A DNA stretch of 64,000 nt, from contig JBJBDC010000001.1 of assembly GCA_047285535.1 (NCBI GenBank), forward strand, positions 2,752,136 to 2,816,135, in the 5' to 3' direction. The position numbers and the translations under genes were made by a program. Positions 1 to 10,611 of this stretch are shown here, in pieces. How positions within the stretch are numbered: position 1 is the stretch's first letter; every line of letters begins with the position of its first letter. A model generated the notes under the pieces. The model was not told the origin of the DNA, did not search any database, and saw only the letters and a list, made by a program, of their open reading frames with translations. The DNA comes from Synechococcus sp. GTDB lineage: Bacteria > Cyanobacteriota > Cyanobacteriia > PCC-6307 > Cyanobiaceae.

Positions 1-1308
1 ATTAAGGAGATCCACGAAGCGCATCAGGGAGATCCTCTGCTCTTCCCTGCAAGCAATGGCCATAAAGGTATCTATGAGTTCATGACCAACTCCTGGCATG
101 CCCAGTTGGCCGTGAACCTTGCAATGGGTGGCTCAGTTTGCATTGTCGTTGCCCAGCACATGTACGCGATGCCTCCGTATCCGTATATCGGTATTGATTA
201 CCCGACCCAGATCGGTTTGTTCACTCATCACATGTGGATTGGTGGCTTCCTGATCGTTGGTGGTGCAGCCCACGCTGCAATCGCCATGGTTCGCGACTAC
301 GATCCCGCTCAGCACATTGACAACGTGCTTGACCGTGTGCTCAAGGCGCGCGATGCAATCATCAGCCACCTCAACTGGGTATGCATTTGGCTAGGAGCAC
401 ACAGCTTCGGCCTCTATGTCCACAACGACACCATGCGTGCGTTGGGTCGTCCCCAGGACATGTTCAGTGACTCGGCGATTTCGATTCAGCCCGTGTTTGC
501 TCAGTGGATTCAGGGGCTTCATGCTGCTGCTGCTGGTAGCACTGCGCCGAACGCCCTCGCTGGAGTGAGTGAAGTGTTCAACGGGTCTGTCGTTGCAATT
601 GGTGGCAAGGTTGCTGCCGCTCCGATCCCGCTGGGCACTGCGGATTTCATGGTTCACCATATTCACGCCTTCACGATCCATGTGACCGTGTTGATTCTGC
701 TGAAAGGTGTTCTCTATTCCCGTAACTCTCGCCTTATCCCTGATAAGGCCAACCTCGGCTTCCGCTTCCCTTGCGACGGCCCAGGCCGTGGTGGCACCTG
801 TCAGGTGTCGGCTTGGGATCACGTGTTCCTGGGTCTGTTCTGGATGTACAACTCCATCTCCGTCGTGATCTTCCACTTCTCTTGGAAGATGCAAAGCGAT
901 GTGTGGGGCACGGTGAATGCTGATGGTTCTGTCCAGCACATCACTAACGGCAATTTCGCCAACAGCGCCATAACCATCAATGGCTGGCTGCGTGACTTCC
1001 TGTGGGCTCAGGCCGCGCAGGTGATCAACAGCTATGGCTCAAACACCAGTGCCTATGGACTGATGTTCCTTGGTGCTCACTTTGTCTGGGCCTTCAGTTT
1101 GATGTTCTTGTTTAGTGGCCGCGGCTATTGGCAAGAGCTGATTGAGTCCATCGTTTGGGCTCACAACAAGCTGAAGGTGGCACCTGCCATCCAGCCCCGT
1201 GCACTGTCCATCACCCAGGGCCGTGCCGTTGGTGTTGCCCATTACCTCTTGGGCGGCATTGCGACCACGTGGGCCTTCTTCCACGCCCACATCCTTGTGG
1301 TCGGCTGA
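1..1308 (+). CDS. psaA: Photosystem I P700 apoprotein A1 (5' truncated by window)
   Basis: Frame is open from base 1 ([14 protein letters not shown]...). Carries the FX motif [23 protein letters not shown] and the PsaA C-terminus. Confidence 0.99.
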   Translation: MKEIHEAHQGDPLLFPASNGHKGIYEFMTNSWHAQLAVNLAMGGSVCIVVAQHMYAMPPYPYIGIDYPTQIGLFTHHMWIGGFLIVGGAAHAAIAMVRDYDPAQHIDNVLDRVLKARDAIISHLNWVCIWLGAHSFGLYVHNDTMRALGRPQDMFSDSAISIQPVFAQWIQGLHAAAAGSTAPNALAGVSEVFNGSVVAIGGKVAAAPIPLGTADFMVHHIHAFTIHVTVLILLKGVLYSRNSRLIPDKANLGFRFPCDGPGRGGTCQVSAWDHVFLGLFWMYNSISVVIFHFSWKMQSDVWGTVNADGSVQHITNGNFANSAITINGWLRDFLWAQAAQVINSYGSNTSAYGLMFLGAHFVWAFSLMFLFSGRGYWQELIESIVWAHNKLKVAPAIQPRALSITQGRAVGVAHYLLGGIATTWAFFHAHILVVG

Positions 1309-1329
1309 CCTCACTGACCTTTCCCTCTA

Positions 1330-3552
1330 ATGGCAACGAAATTTCCTTCGTTTAGCCAGGGTCTGGCACAGGACCCGACAACCCGCCGTATCTGGTACGG
1401 GATCGCCACGGCTCACGACTTCGAGAGCCATGACGGAATGACGGAGGAGAAGCTTTACCAAAAGCTCTTCTCCACCCATTTCGGGCATCTCGCGATCATC
1501 GGCCTTTGGGTTTCGGGAAACCTGTTCCATATCGCCTGGCAGGGCAACTTCGAGCAGTGGGTCTCCGACCCACTGCACGTTCGCCCAATCGCTCATGCAA
1601 TTTGGGATCCCCACTTTGGTCAAGGCGCTATTGATGCCTTTACACAAGCGGGTGCATCCTCCCCGGTGAATATTGCCTACTCAGGCCTCTATCACTGGTT
1701 TTATACGATCGGTATGACCACGAATGCCGAGCTGTATCAGGGCTCCATCTTCATGATGATCCTGTCAGCTTGGGCTCTGTTCGCTGGTTGGCTGCACTTG
1801 CAGCCGAAGTTCCGTCCCTCTCTGGCCTGGTTCAAAAACGCTGAATCACGTCTCAATCACCACCTTGCCGTTCTCTTCGGCTTCAGCTCGATTGCTTGGA
1901 CCGGTCACCTGGTTCACGTGGCGATTCCTGAGTCCCGTGGTCAGCATGTTGGGTGGGACAACTTCCTGAATGTTTTGCCTCACCCGGCAGGTCTTCAGCC
2001 CTTCTTCACAGGCAACTGGGGTGTTTATGCCCAGAACCCTGACACCACTGGACAGATCTTTGGTACAGCTGAAGGATCAGGTACAGCCATCCTTACCTTC
2101 CTAGGTGGTTTCCATCCTCAGACAGAAGCCTTATGGCTCACTGACATTGCTCACCATCATCTGGCCATCGGTTGCATTTTCGTGATCGCAGGTCACATGT
2201 ACCGCACCAACTTTGGTATCGGTCACTCCATCCGCGAGATCCACGAAGCACACAAACCGCCCCAGGGCACTCCTGGTGACCTTGGAGCTGGACACAAGGG
2301 TCTTTACGACACCATCAACAACAGCCTGCACTTTCAGCTTGGCCTCGCTTTGGCCTGCCTTGGCGTTGTGACCAGCCTGGTGGCGCAGCACATGTATGCG
2401 ATGCCTTCGTATGCCTTCATCGCGAAGGACTACACCACCCAGGCAGCTCTCTATACCCATCACCAGTACATCGCCATCGCCCTGATGTGCGGTGCCTTTG
2501 CTCACGGTGCGATCTTCTTCATACGTGACTACGACCCCGAAGCCAATAAGGACAACGTCCTGGCTCGGATGCTCGAGCACAAAGAAGCGATCATCAGCCA
2601 TCTGAGCTGGGTCAGCCTGTTTCTTGGTTTCCATACCCTTGGTCTCTACGTTCATAACGACGTGGTTGTGGCCTTTGGAACTCCTGAGAAGCAGATCCTC
2701 GTAGAGCCCGTCTTTGCTCAGTTCGTCCAAGCCGCTTCAGGCAAGATGATCTATGGCTTTGATGTGTTCCTCGCCAACGCCTCCAGTACTGCAACCCTTG
2801 CTTCCCAAAACATCCCTGGAGATCACTATTGGATGGATGCCATCAATGGTGTTCGTGGAAGCAATGATTTGTTCCTTCAGATTGGTCCTGGCGACTTCCT
2901 TGTTCACCATGCCATCGCACTTGGTCTCCACACCACCACCCTCGTCCTTGTGAAGGGGGCTTTGGATGCCCGTGGCTCCAAGTTGATGCCAGACAAGAAA
3001 GACTTTGGATACTCCTTCCCCTGCGACGGTCCTGGCCGTGGCGGCACCTGTGACATCTCTGCCTGGGACGCTTTCTATCTCGCTGTTTTCTGGGCTTTGA
3101 ACACGGTGGGTTGGGTGACCTTCTACTGGCACTGGAAGCACCTTGCGATTTGGCAAGGCAATGTTGCTCAGTTCAACGAATCCAGCACTTATCTAATGGG
3201 CTGGTTCCGCGACTACCTCTGGCTGAACAGTTCACAGTTGATCAATGGATACAACCCATTTGGCAGCAACAATTTGGCCGTCTGGTCTTGGATGTTCCTG
3301 TTTGGTCATCTGGTTTGGGCCACTGGTTTCATGTTCCTGATCTCATGGCGCGGTTACTGGCAAGAGCTGATTGAGACCATCGTTTGGGCTCATGAACGCA
3401 GCCCAATCGCCAACATGATGGGATGGCGTGACAAGCCTGTTGCTCTTTCCATCGTTCAGGCACGTGTAGTTGGTCTTGCTCACTTCTCAGTTGGTTATGT
3501 GCTCACGTATGCAGCCTTCTTAATCGCCTCCACGTCTGGCAAGTTTGGCTGA
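1330..3552 (+). CDS. psaB: Photosystem I P700 apoprotein A2
   Basis: Starts [22 protein letters not shown], has [13 protein letters not shown], ends STSGKFG. Confidence 0.99.
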   Translation: MATKFPSFSQGLAQDPTTRRIWYGIATAHDFESHDGMTEEKLYQKLFSTHFGHLAIIGLWVSGNLFHIAWQGNFEQWVSDPLHVRPIAHAIWDPHFGQGAIDAFTQAGASSPVNIAYSGLYHWFYTIGMTTNAELYQGSIFMMILSAWALFAGWLHLQPKFRPSLAWFKNAESRLNHHLAVLFGFSSIAWTGHLVHVAIPESRGQHVGWDNFLNVLPHPAGLQPFFTGNWGVYAQNPDTTGQIFGTAEGSGTAILTFLGGFHPQTEALWLTDIAHHHLAIGCIFVIAGHMYRTNFGIGHSIREIHEAHKPPQGTPGDLGAGHKGLYDTINNSLHFQLGLALACLGVVTSLVAQHMYAMPSYAFIAKDYTTQAALYTHHQYIAIALMCGAFAHGAIFFIRDYDPEANKDNVLARMLEHKEAIISHLSWVSLFLGFHTLGLYVHNDVVVAFGTPEKQILVEPVFAQFVQAASGKMIYGFDVFLANASSTATLASQNIPGDHYWMDAINGVRGSNDLFLQIGPGDFLVHHAIALGLHTTTLVLVKGALDARGSKLMPDKKDFGYSFPCDGPGRGGTCDISAWDAFYLAVFWALNTVGWVTFYWHWKHLAIWQGNVAQFNESSTYLMGWFRDYLWLNSSQLINGYNPFGSNNLAVWSWMFLFGHLVWATGFMFLISWRGYWQELIETIVWAHERSPIANMMGWRDKPVALSIVQARVVGLAHFSVGYVLTYAAFLIASTSGKFG

Positions 3553-3600
3553 TTTCGGTCTATCCCTTGCCTGATTGACGAGTCGTTTCTCAATAGTGTC

Positions 3601-3628
3601 ACCCGTCCGTGTCCCGGGCGGGTTTTTT
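3601..3628 (+). terminator. Rho-independent terminator of psaAB
   Basis: 9-bp stem acccgtccg/cgggcgggt (one G-U pair) followed by a T tract. Confidence 0.85.
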
Positions 3629-3687
3629 ATTTGAATTCATGCTGGGAAGGACTTGTATGACGTCGCTACTGAACTTGGCGTTTAGAT

Positions 3688-4238
3688 TCAGTTTTGAATC
3701 AATGGGATGCTTGCGTGCATGATCTGATGCTTCATTCCTCGCAGTCTTTGTTTAATTGTTGATGCTGAATGCGATATCGAGAGTTCATAGATAGGTATGA
3801 AGGCCTGCGTCCTGTATCGGTAGAACATAGACATCAGCATCGGACTCGTTGTGGTGAGAGTAATAGCCTGGGGTGTTATGAAAGCGGCTCCAGAAGTCCA
3901 ATCTTCCCGGTGTCCGTCGATGATCATGCCGTTTGAATCAAGCTCAAGCCGCAGGCTGCAATTTGATTCGAGCGCTTGGCGCTGAACAGGCTTTGATGTC
4001 CGCAGTCATGCATCAGGCAGAAGCTGCGACTGAGCAGCAGAACCATCAACAGGAGGAGCAAGGGTGACAACACGATGGCTGTGGTGTTGAACGATGTTGT
4101 GACCGCAGACATCGCGATCGCCACCGCGATGATCGGAGCCACGGTGTTCAGGATCTGCCAGCTGGCTATGCGGTCATCGCTGGCCATAAAAGGAGCGAGT
4201 TTGAACTCGATTCGTTTGGGGAAAGTGCTAGACGCCAT
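3688..4238 (-). pseudogene. Fatty acid desaturase remnant
   Basis: ATG at 4238 gives 104 aa with two hydrophobic segments and the first His box HDCGH, then stops at 3924. The downstream frame (3927-3688) has no second or third His box. Confidence 0.75.
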
Positions 4239-4342
4239 GTTTTGGCTAATCGTCTGAGTGGTCGTTGTCATGCCGCTTCCAGGTGGGGTGCAGCGATCGG
4301 CTTGATGGGTGGACCTATCGCTTGCTTGCTGCAACCGGTTTT

Positions 4343-7300
4343 TTAATTGCCTGGTGAGCGCTGAATTTGAGTCCTCTCCCTACAGCCTTTGAGGCTCAAA
4401 TAAACGGCTGGAACAACAAACAGAGAAAGCAGTGTGGAAATCAGCAAGCCGCTAAACACCACCGTGCCAATGCTGATTCGACTTGCTGAACCTGTTCCGC
4501 TGGCCAGCAGCAGGGGCAGAAATCCAGCCAAGGATGTAATCGCTGTCAGAACAATTGGACGCATCCGCTCTTCCGCTGCGTCCGTGATCGCCTCGCGAAG
4601 GGGCAGGCCAGCTCGGAGCCTTTGATTGGCAAACTCCACAATCAGAATGCCGTTTTTTGCTGCCAAACTCACGAGGACGAGAAGACCCATCTGGCCGTAA
4701 ACGTCTAGCGGTAGCCCACGCAATTTGAGTCCGATCAGCGCACCGAGCAGTGCCAGAGGCACTGTCAGCAAAATCACTAGGGGGTCTAGAAAGCTCTCAT
4801 AGAGACCAGCGAGTAAGAGGTAGACCACTACTACGCTCAAACCAAAGAAGGCCCAGGTGACGCCTTCGGCGATCCTCTCTTCCTCCGCAAGGCCTGTAAA
4901 AGCAAGCCCGATGTTGCCCCCTCCAATCTGTTCGCCTGCTGTCTCAAGGATGTTGATGGCTTGCCCACTACTCGTTCCTTTACCTGGTAAGGCGCTGACA
5001 CGTATGGATCGGTTCAGGGCGAAGTGGTCAATCGACCCTGTGCCCTCAACTTGTTCAAGTCGCGCCACGCTGTCAGCGCTGACGAGTTCCCCATCCCGGT
5101 TCCGAAGCATGAGAGATTTGATGTCCTCTGGACGATTGCGGTCGCTGCCCTCCATTTGAATCCAGATGCTTCGTATTTCTCCGTCGGCGTAGGTGTCATC
5201 AAGATACCGCCCGCCGATGGCCATGCCAATCGAATTCAGAGTTTCTCTGTAGGGGAGATTCAGTGCAGCCATTTGGTCGCGGTCTAAAACGAGGCGCCAT
5301 CTCGGGGCACTGGCGTCGAAACGGGTGCTGACCCGTTCAAATTTGCCCGTTTCCTTGGCACTCTCAATAAAAGCTTTGGCGACCTGTTCGAATTGGACCA
5401 GGTTCAGTTGGCCACCACTGCGGTCTAAAAGCTGGATGTTTAAGGCTGAATCCCCGCTGAATCCTCGAACGGTAGGAGGTGTAATCAGCACAACTCTGGC
5501 ATCCGTAATCGAACGATTCAGTGCTTTTTGCAGTCGACGCTTGATGGCTTGATCGCTCTGATCTGTACGGCCTCTCTCCTGGAGAGGTTTTAATCTCAAG
5601 TAAAAGGAACCCTTGTCTTCCCCGCTTTGCCCGAACGAACTTCCTGCATAGAAGTTCCCTGAGCGGATCAGTGGTTCTTGCTCAACGACAGCGCGAATGG
5701 AATCCATGATTGCCATGCTTCGTTCCAGGCTGGCGCCTTCCGACAATGTGAAATAACCACGGATTTGGCCCTGGTCTTCATTGGGGATAAAGGCTGTCGG
5801 AGTGTTGCTGTGGACGACTCCCGTGAGCATCAAGCTGATGATTAAAACAATGCCCACCCAATTGGGTCGATTTAATAGCTTGCGCAATGTTCGTGAGTAG
5901 TGCCCTTCAATGCTTTGCATGGCCTTTCGGAGACAGTCGCTGAGTCGTCTGATCGGTCCAGGCAGGCGTCCATTCCCTGGAGTGAGAACTCTGGCTGATG
6001 CCATTGGCGTGAACGTGAGGGCGTTCAACGTGGAGAACACAATGGCAGCCGTAATCGTTAAGGCAATCGGTTCGTAGAGGCGACCAATTGACCCCGGAAT
6101 CAACAGAATAGGAATGAAAACCGCTACGAGAACCAAAGAGGTGGCCACGATTGCTCCGGCCAATTCCTCCATCGCAGTTTCGGCGGCCTTTAGAGGTGGG
6201 TCTCCCTTTTCAATCCGATCGGCAATTTCCTCGCTCACCACGATTGCATCGTCTACAACAATGCCCGTCGCAAGAATCAGTCCGAACAGAATCAAACTGT
6301 TGATATTTGAACCGCTGAGGCGGATTACCAACAAGCTGCCTATCAAAGAAATAGGTACGGCGATTCCAGGCACCATCGCTAATCGCCAGCGCCCCAGGAA
6401 GAGCACCAAAACAACTAAAACCAGCAGGACTGCATCTCGGAGAGTCGTGATGGTGCGATCGAGATTGGATTGGATGGTGTCGGCCGTATCCACGATGGTT
6501 TGCATCGTGATTCCGGGCGGAAATCCTGATTCGAGTTTCGAGAGCTTTCGGCGAATGCTTCGACTGAGAGCAAGGGCATTCGCTCCATCTCTTTGATAGA
6601 TCCCTACGGCAACGGAGCGTTCTCCTTGAAGATTGATCGCAGCCCTTCCATAACTGCGCTGACCAAGGCTGACGCGGCCAACATCACTGAGTCGAATGAG
6701 GCCACCATTGGCTAATCGTTTGATCACTACGTTTTCAAGTTCGTCCTGGCTGCGCAAGCGACCGTCTGCTTCGACAGGGAGGCTGAGAAGTTGTCCTGAT
6801 GGAGCCGGTGCGCTGCCAAGCGCTCCGATGGCGGCCAGAACGTTTTGCTCGATCAGTGCTGTGCTCACATCCGTGATTGTGAGATTGGATTGCTCAAGTT
6901 TTTGAGGATCCATCCACAGGCGGTAGGCCAACTCGCTGCTCCCGAACACACGAATATCACCAATGCCTGGAACGGATCTGAGCGATTCTCTGAGCGATTG
7001 TTCAAGCCATCCTGGGAGAAAGGTTGGAACGTAGAGATCTTGCGGATGGCTAAAGCCAAGGATCATCAGTAAATCGCTAGAGGAGCGATTCACGCTGAGT
7101 CCTTGGCGAGTAACGGCTTGCGGCAAACGGCGCAACGCCAAATTCACTTCGTTTTGGACCTTGATCGCATTCAGTTGAGGGCTGCCTTTTTTGAAGCGCA
7201 GGCTGATTCTTGATTGCCCTTCACTACTTGTGGACTGAATGCTGTCGAGATCGCTGAGACCGTTGAGTTGTTGCTCCAGCACAGTGGTGACGCTTTGCTC

Positions 7301-7480
7301 GACCACATCGGGTGATGCAGCAGGGAAGCGTGCTGTCACGCTGACCTGGGTTGGGGCCAACTGGGGTAGGTCTTCAAGGCCCAAGCCGGAGAGCGAAACA
7401 AGTCCTGCCAGCAGGACGAGCAGGCTGCAGACAACGGTGAGGACAGGCCGTCGCAGAAAAGGCTGGGAGATGGACCGCAA
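4343..7480 (-). CDS. RND efflux transporter permease, AcrB/HAE1 family
   Basis: 1045 aa with GIVVDDAIVV, AKNGILIVEFA and RMRPIVLT proton-relay motifs. Confidence 0.95.
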   Translation of the reverse strand: MRSISQPFLRRPVLTVVCSLLVLLAGLVSLSGLGLEDLPQLAPTQVSVTARFPAASPDVVEQSVTTVLEQQLNGLSDLDSIQSTSSEGQSRISLRFKKGSPQLNAIKVQNEVNLALRRLPQAVTRQGLSVNRSSSDLLMILGFSHPQDLYVPTFLPGWLEQSLRESLRSVPGIGDIRVFGSSELAYRLWMDPQKLEQSNLTITDVSTALIEQNVLAAIGALGSAPAPSGQLLSLPVEADGRLRSQDELENVVIKRLANGGLIRLSDVGRVSLGQRSYGRAAINLQGERSVAVGIYQRDGANALALSRSIRRKLSKLESGFPPGITMQTIVDTADTIQSNLDRTITTLRDAVLLVLVVLVLFLGRWRLAMVPGIAVPISLIGSLLVIRLSGSNINSLILFGLILATGIVVDDAIVVSEEIADRIEKGDPPLKAAETAMEELAGAIVATSLVLVAVFIPILLIPGSIGRLYEPIALTITAAIVFSTLNALTFTPMASARVLTPGNGRLPGPIRRLSDCLRKAMQSIEGHYSRTLRKLLNRPNWVGIVLIISLMLTGVVHSNTPTAFIPNEDQGQIRGYFTLSEGASLERSMAIMDSIRAVVEQEPLIRSGNFYAGSSFGQSGEDKGSFYLRLKPLQERGRTDQSDQAIKRRLQKALNRSITDARVVLITPPTVRGFSGDSALNIQLLDRSGGQLNLVQFEQVAKAFIESAKETGKFERVSTRFDASAPRWRLVLDRDQMAALNLPYRETLNSIGMAIGGRYLDDTYADGEIRSIWIQMEGSDRNRPEDIKSLMLRNRDGELVSADSVARLEQVEGTGSIDHFALNRSIRVSALPGKGTSSGQAINILETAGEQIGGGNIGLAFTGLAEEERIAEGVTWAFFGLSVVVVYLLLAGLYESFLDPLVILLTVPLALLGALIGLKLRGLPLDVYGQMGLLVLVSLAAKNGILIVEFANQRLRAGLPLREAITDAAEERMRPIVLTAITSLAGFLPLLLASGTGSASRISIGTVVFSGLLISTLLSLFVVPAVYLSLKGCRERTQIQRSPGN

Positions 7481-7517
7481 GGCGGCACCTGCTGCAAAAG
7501 CGGATTGATCTTGGCAG

Positions 7518-7560
7518 TTAAAAGTCCCTGTTGAACGACTTTGCGCTCAACAGGGACTTT
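7518..7560 (-). terminator. Terminator hairpin downstream of psaL
   Basis: Perfect 14-bp inverted repeat aaagtccctgttga (7521-7534) / tcaacagggacttt (7547-7560), ending in Ts on the minus strand. Confidence 0.8.
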
Positions 7561-7592
7561 GCGGGTCTGTTTTCAGTGAGGAACGTTGAGGC

Positions 7593-8084
7593 TCAGCTCA
7601 CGCTCCAAACACCTGCAGCTATCTTCACGAGCTGCTGAACGTGGAGAGTGTCACAGAGCAACCAGGCAAAGACAGCACCACCACATCCACCAAGCCAGAA
7701 GCCACTGGTGAATTCAGACCAACCGTTGCGGGTGAAAAGATCTGATGGGGGATTGTCAACGGTGACGTCTGCAGGGGGGATATGAGGTTGCTTTCCGGGC
7801 TGGTTATAGAGAAGAAACAGGAAGGTGAGGAGGTGAACGGCACCGATAGCTGCTAAGAGACCAGCGGTTGCTGAGTAATCGGAGTTACGCAGTGGGCCAC
7901 AGATTGTGTAGGGCCCGTAAAGGAGATATCCAAAGGCTGCGCCTGTCTCAATTCCCCTGAAATTTGGTGATATTCCTTTGCGATAGAAAGGAAGGTTATT
8001 GATAAGCCACTTCATAAAATATCCGCTATTCACGGGTGTGGCTAGATTGCCGACGCAAGGGTCGGCTGCAGGAGTGACAGTCAT
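7593..8084 (-). CDS. psaL: Photosystem I subunit XI
   Basis: [16 protein letters not shown] and [16 protein letters not shown] motifs. Confidence 0.97.
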   Translation of the reverse strand: MTVTPAADPCVGNLATPVNSGYFMKWLINNLPFYRKGISPNFRGIETGAAFGYLLYGPYTICGPLRNSDYSATAGLLAAIGAVHLLTFLFLLYNQPGKQPHIPPADVTVDNPPSDLFTRNGWSEFTSGFWLGGCGGAVFAWLLCDTLHVQQLVKIAAGVWSVS

Positions 8085-8128
8085 TGGAGTTTGATGGCTG
8101 AGTCGGATTGCTGGTGTTTGCTTTGAGG

Positions 8129-8245
8129 TCAGTCGGCGGCGGTAATCACCCCTCCCACAAGAATGATGAACACTGCAGGGAAAACAATCCCGATCATCGG
8201 CACAAACAACACCGGCAGCCAGGCTGCTGCAAAATCTCCAGTCAT
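8129..8245 (-). CDS. psaI: Photosystem I subunit VIII
   Basis: 38 aa [28 protein letters not shown]... from ATG 8245, directly upstream of psaL. Confidence 0.93.
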   Translation of the reverse strand: MTGDFAAAWLPVLFVPMIGIVFPAVFIILVGGVITAAD

Positions 8246-8372
8246 GATCAAGCCCAGGATTGATCTCTTGATTTTAGAGTCCTCATGCTGGGCATTACCC
8301 TCGCGGCGTTTCCTGGCGACATAAAAGTTCAATCCCAGCCTTAGTCAGGGTTGTCCGCAAGCATTTGATTTG

Positions 8373-8840
8373 ATGACTCAGCTTTTCGCCGGTGGTGCAG
8401 CCATCGTTTTAGCCCTTGTTCTTTACGGCCTAGGCCGTAGGCCGAAGAAGCCGTTGCTGAGCAGCACGGATGTGTCGGAGGTCGTAGCTCTGAATCGTGC
8501 CCAAGTGGAGCTGGTGCAGGCTTCGAAGGTTGAAGTGGCCGCGGAGCAGGAGCCTGATCTTGCATGGCAGCCCCCGTCCACATCCGCTGAAAGGCTGGCG
8601 ATGCAGGAGTACTTGCGGCGGGCGATGACGGCAGGTCCAGATCTACGCTTGGAGGCGATTAAAATGGCTGGGCAGTGGGGGCACCAGTGCGTTCTCCATC
8701 TCCTTCGTCGAGGGCTGCACGATTCAGACAGCCGAGTGGTGAAGGCTGCTGCTGCCGCTCTTGAGAACCGTCGCGGTGCTCCTCAATCCGCTCCCGGTCA
8801 GACCGTTCGTCCACCGCGCAACGTGGCACGGATGCGATAA
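8373..8840 (+). CDS. Membrane-anchored HEAT-repeat protein
   Basis: N-terminal TM helix; C-terminal LLRRGLHDSDSRVVKAAAAAL is HEAT-like. Confidence 0.75.
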   Translation: MTQLFAGGAAIVLALVLYGLGRRPKKPLLSSTDVSEVVALNRAQVELVQASKVEVAAEQEPDLAWQPPSTSAERLAMQEYLRRAMTAGPDLRLEAIKMAGQWGHQCVLHLLRRGLHDSDSRVVKAAAAALENRRGAPQSAPGQTVRPPRNVARMR

Positions 8841-9802
8841 ATCGGTCGCCCTTGGCTTTCGTGATAAGTGCGGCTGAGCAGTTCTGCTAAAAGACCGAAG
8901 CAGAACAATTGGATTCCCGCTAACCCTAAAACCACAGCAAGAGTCAAAAGGGGGCGATTGCCAATATCGGCCCCTTGAATCTTGATGAGGAGCAGATAAC
9001 TGCTTGTGATCACGCTTAATGCAATAGCAATCAAGCCAGCAAAGCCGAACACGTACATCGGACGAGTGAGGAATCGCTTCATGAACCACACGGTGAGGAG
9101 GTCCATGAGGACCCTGAATGTGCGATCAATTCCGTACTTGCTGCTGCCGTACTGGCGTGCCCGGTGATTGACTTTCACTTCGGTGATTCGGGCCCCTTCG
9201 ATAAAGGCCAGAGCAGGAAGGAAGCGGTGAAGTTCTCCATAAAGCCGCATGTCTGAGAGAACCGCGCGGTCGTAAGCCTTCAAGGAGCAGCCATAGTCAT
9301 GAAGTTTCACCCCAGTGACCCTGCCAATCAGGCGGTTGGCCAATCTGGAAGGCAACTTGCGCTGAAGTTCGGCGTCCTGTCGTTGATGCCGCCAACCGCT
9401 GACGAGGTCATAGCCTTCACGGAGCTTTGCCAGAAGTAATGGGATGTCAGCGGGATCATTTTGTAAATCACCATCCAAACTGACGATGATTCTTCCCTTG
9501 GCTACATCAAACCCTGCCGCCATTGCGGCCGTTTGACCATAGTTTTTGCGTAACAGCACGCCAACGAGCTCTGGGACTTCAGTGCTGATCTGTTGAAGCA
9601 CAGCTGCTGAGTTGTCAGCGGATCCATCATTCACGAGGACCAGCTCGAAGCTTTCACCTGAGGGCCTAAGGGCTTTGAGCAATTGCTCCACTAGTTCGGG
9701 AAGGCTCTCTTCTTCGTTGTAGATCGGCACAACTACGGACAAGTCGAGACTGTTGCTCTTGTTTTCCGACGCGCTAGCGGCGGCTGCTGTGTGCAGAGAC
9801 AT
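8798..9802 (-). CDS. Glycosyltransferase family 2 (polyprenol-phosphate/ArnC-like)
   Basis: SVVVPIYNEE, VNDGS and DGDLQNDP motifs with two C-terminal TM helices; start uncertain. Confidence 0.9.
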   Translation of the reverse strand: MSLHTAAAASASENKSNSLDLSVVVPIYNEEESLPELVEQLLKALRPSGESFELVLVNDGSADNSAAVLQQISTEVPELVGVLLRKNYGQTAAMAAGFDVAKGRIIVSLDGDLQNDPADIPLLLAKLREGYDLVSGWRHQRQDAELQRKLPSRLANRLIGRVTGVKLHDYGCSLKAYDRAVLSDMRLYGELHRFLPALAFIEGARITEVKVNHRARQYGSSKYGIDRTFRVLMDLLTVWFMKRFLTRPMYVFGFAGLIAIALSVITSSYLLLIKIQGADIGNRPLLTLAVVLGLAGIQLFCFGLLAELLSRTYHESQGRPIYRIRATLRGGRTV

Positions 9803-9856
9803 CCATATGGGGAGCGATGCGAGCAACCTAAGCGCTCTTCGAAAGGATCTTCTTCC

Positions 9857-10594
9857 TCAGGGCAGCGTGCTTCCGTCATGGCAGCGCTCCACCCTGCCTG
9901 CACCGCGGAGTTCTGATCGGTAATGCGACGCCACTGGGTGTTGGTCAGAAGGGTGGATGCTGTCCATGCCAATTCCGTTGCGGCCGTGTTCTTTCCCTGA
10001 ACTATGTAAATAGTGACCATTCTGGAGATGGATGGCCACGTGGGTGCAGCGCCGTGCAGTACCAAAAAACAACAGATCTCCTGGACGCAGCAGTTGATGA
10101 TGGCCAGGTTGGACAGCTACGGGACTGCAAAATCGTTCTTGTTGATAAGCATCCCGCGGCAACCAGATGTTTTGACTGGCAAATGCAGTTTGCACCAGTC
10201 CTGAACAGTCGAGATCAGGACCGATGGTGCCACCCCACAGATAGGTATTTGGTACTTTCTCAGCTTGCCTTAGCCAACGAAGTACAGACGGAAGACGGTC
10301 TTGGATGCTCGAGGTATTCAGTAAAGAGGGGTACCACTGGGCCAGTGCTACTGAATGACCAATGAGATTATTAATAGGAATCCAACACTGATATCCATCC
10401 TCCATTAATGCCGCATGGATTCTCCCTTCGTTTGGATTGGGGTTTGCAAGTATGCGGAATCCTCTGCCCGCACAGGCCTGAGTTGCAAGGCCACTGCCAT
10501 GGCTGCTCGCATAGCCATTGACATCAACAGCGAGTGTCCAACAGCTTCCCTTGATGAGTTGTTCAGGAGTGGTCGCTGTGCCTAGGGTCGGCAT
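9857..10594 (-). CDS. NlpC/P60 (C40) peptidoglycan peptidase
   Basis: YLWGG...DCSGLVQ...PGDLLFF...HVAI...LHSSG catalytic motifs; ATG at 10594. Confidence 0.9.
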   Translation of the reverse strand: MPTLGTATTPEQLIKGSCWTLAVDVNGYASSHGSGLATQACAGRGFRILANPNPNEGRIHAALMEDGYQCWIPINNLIGHSVALAQWYPSLLNTSSIQDRLPSVLRWLRQAEKVPNTYLWGGTIGPDLDCSGLVQTAFASQNIWLPRDAYQQERFCSPVAVQPGHHQLLRPGDLLFFGTARRCTHVAIHLQNGHYLHSSGKEHGRNGIGMDSIHPSDQHPVASHYRSELRGAGRVERCHDGSTLP

Positions 10595-10611
10595 TGCCTG
10601 ATGCCAGTGCC

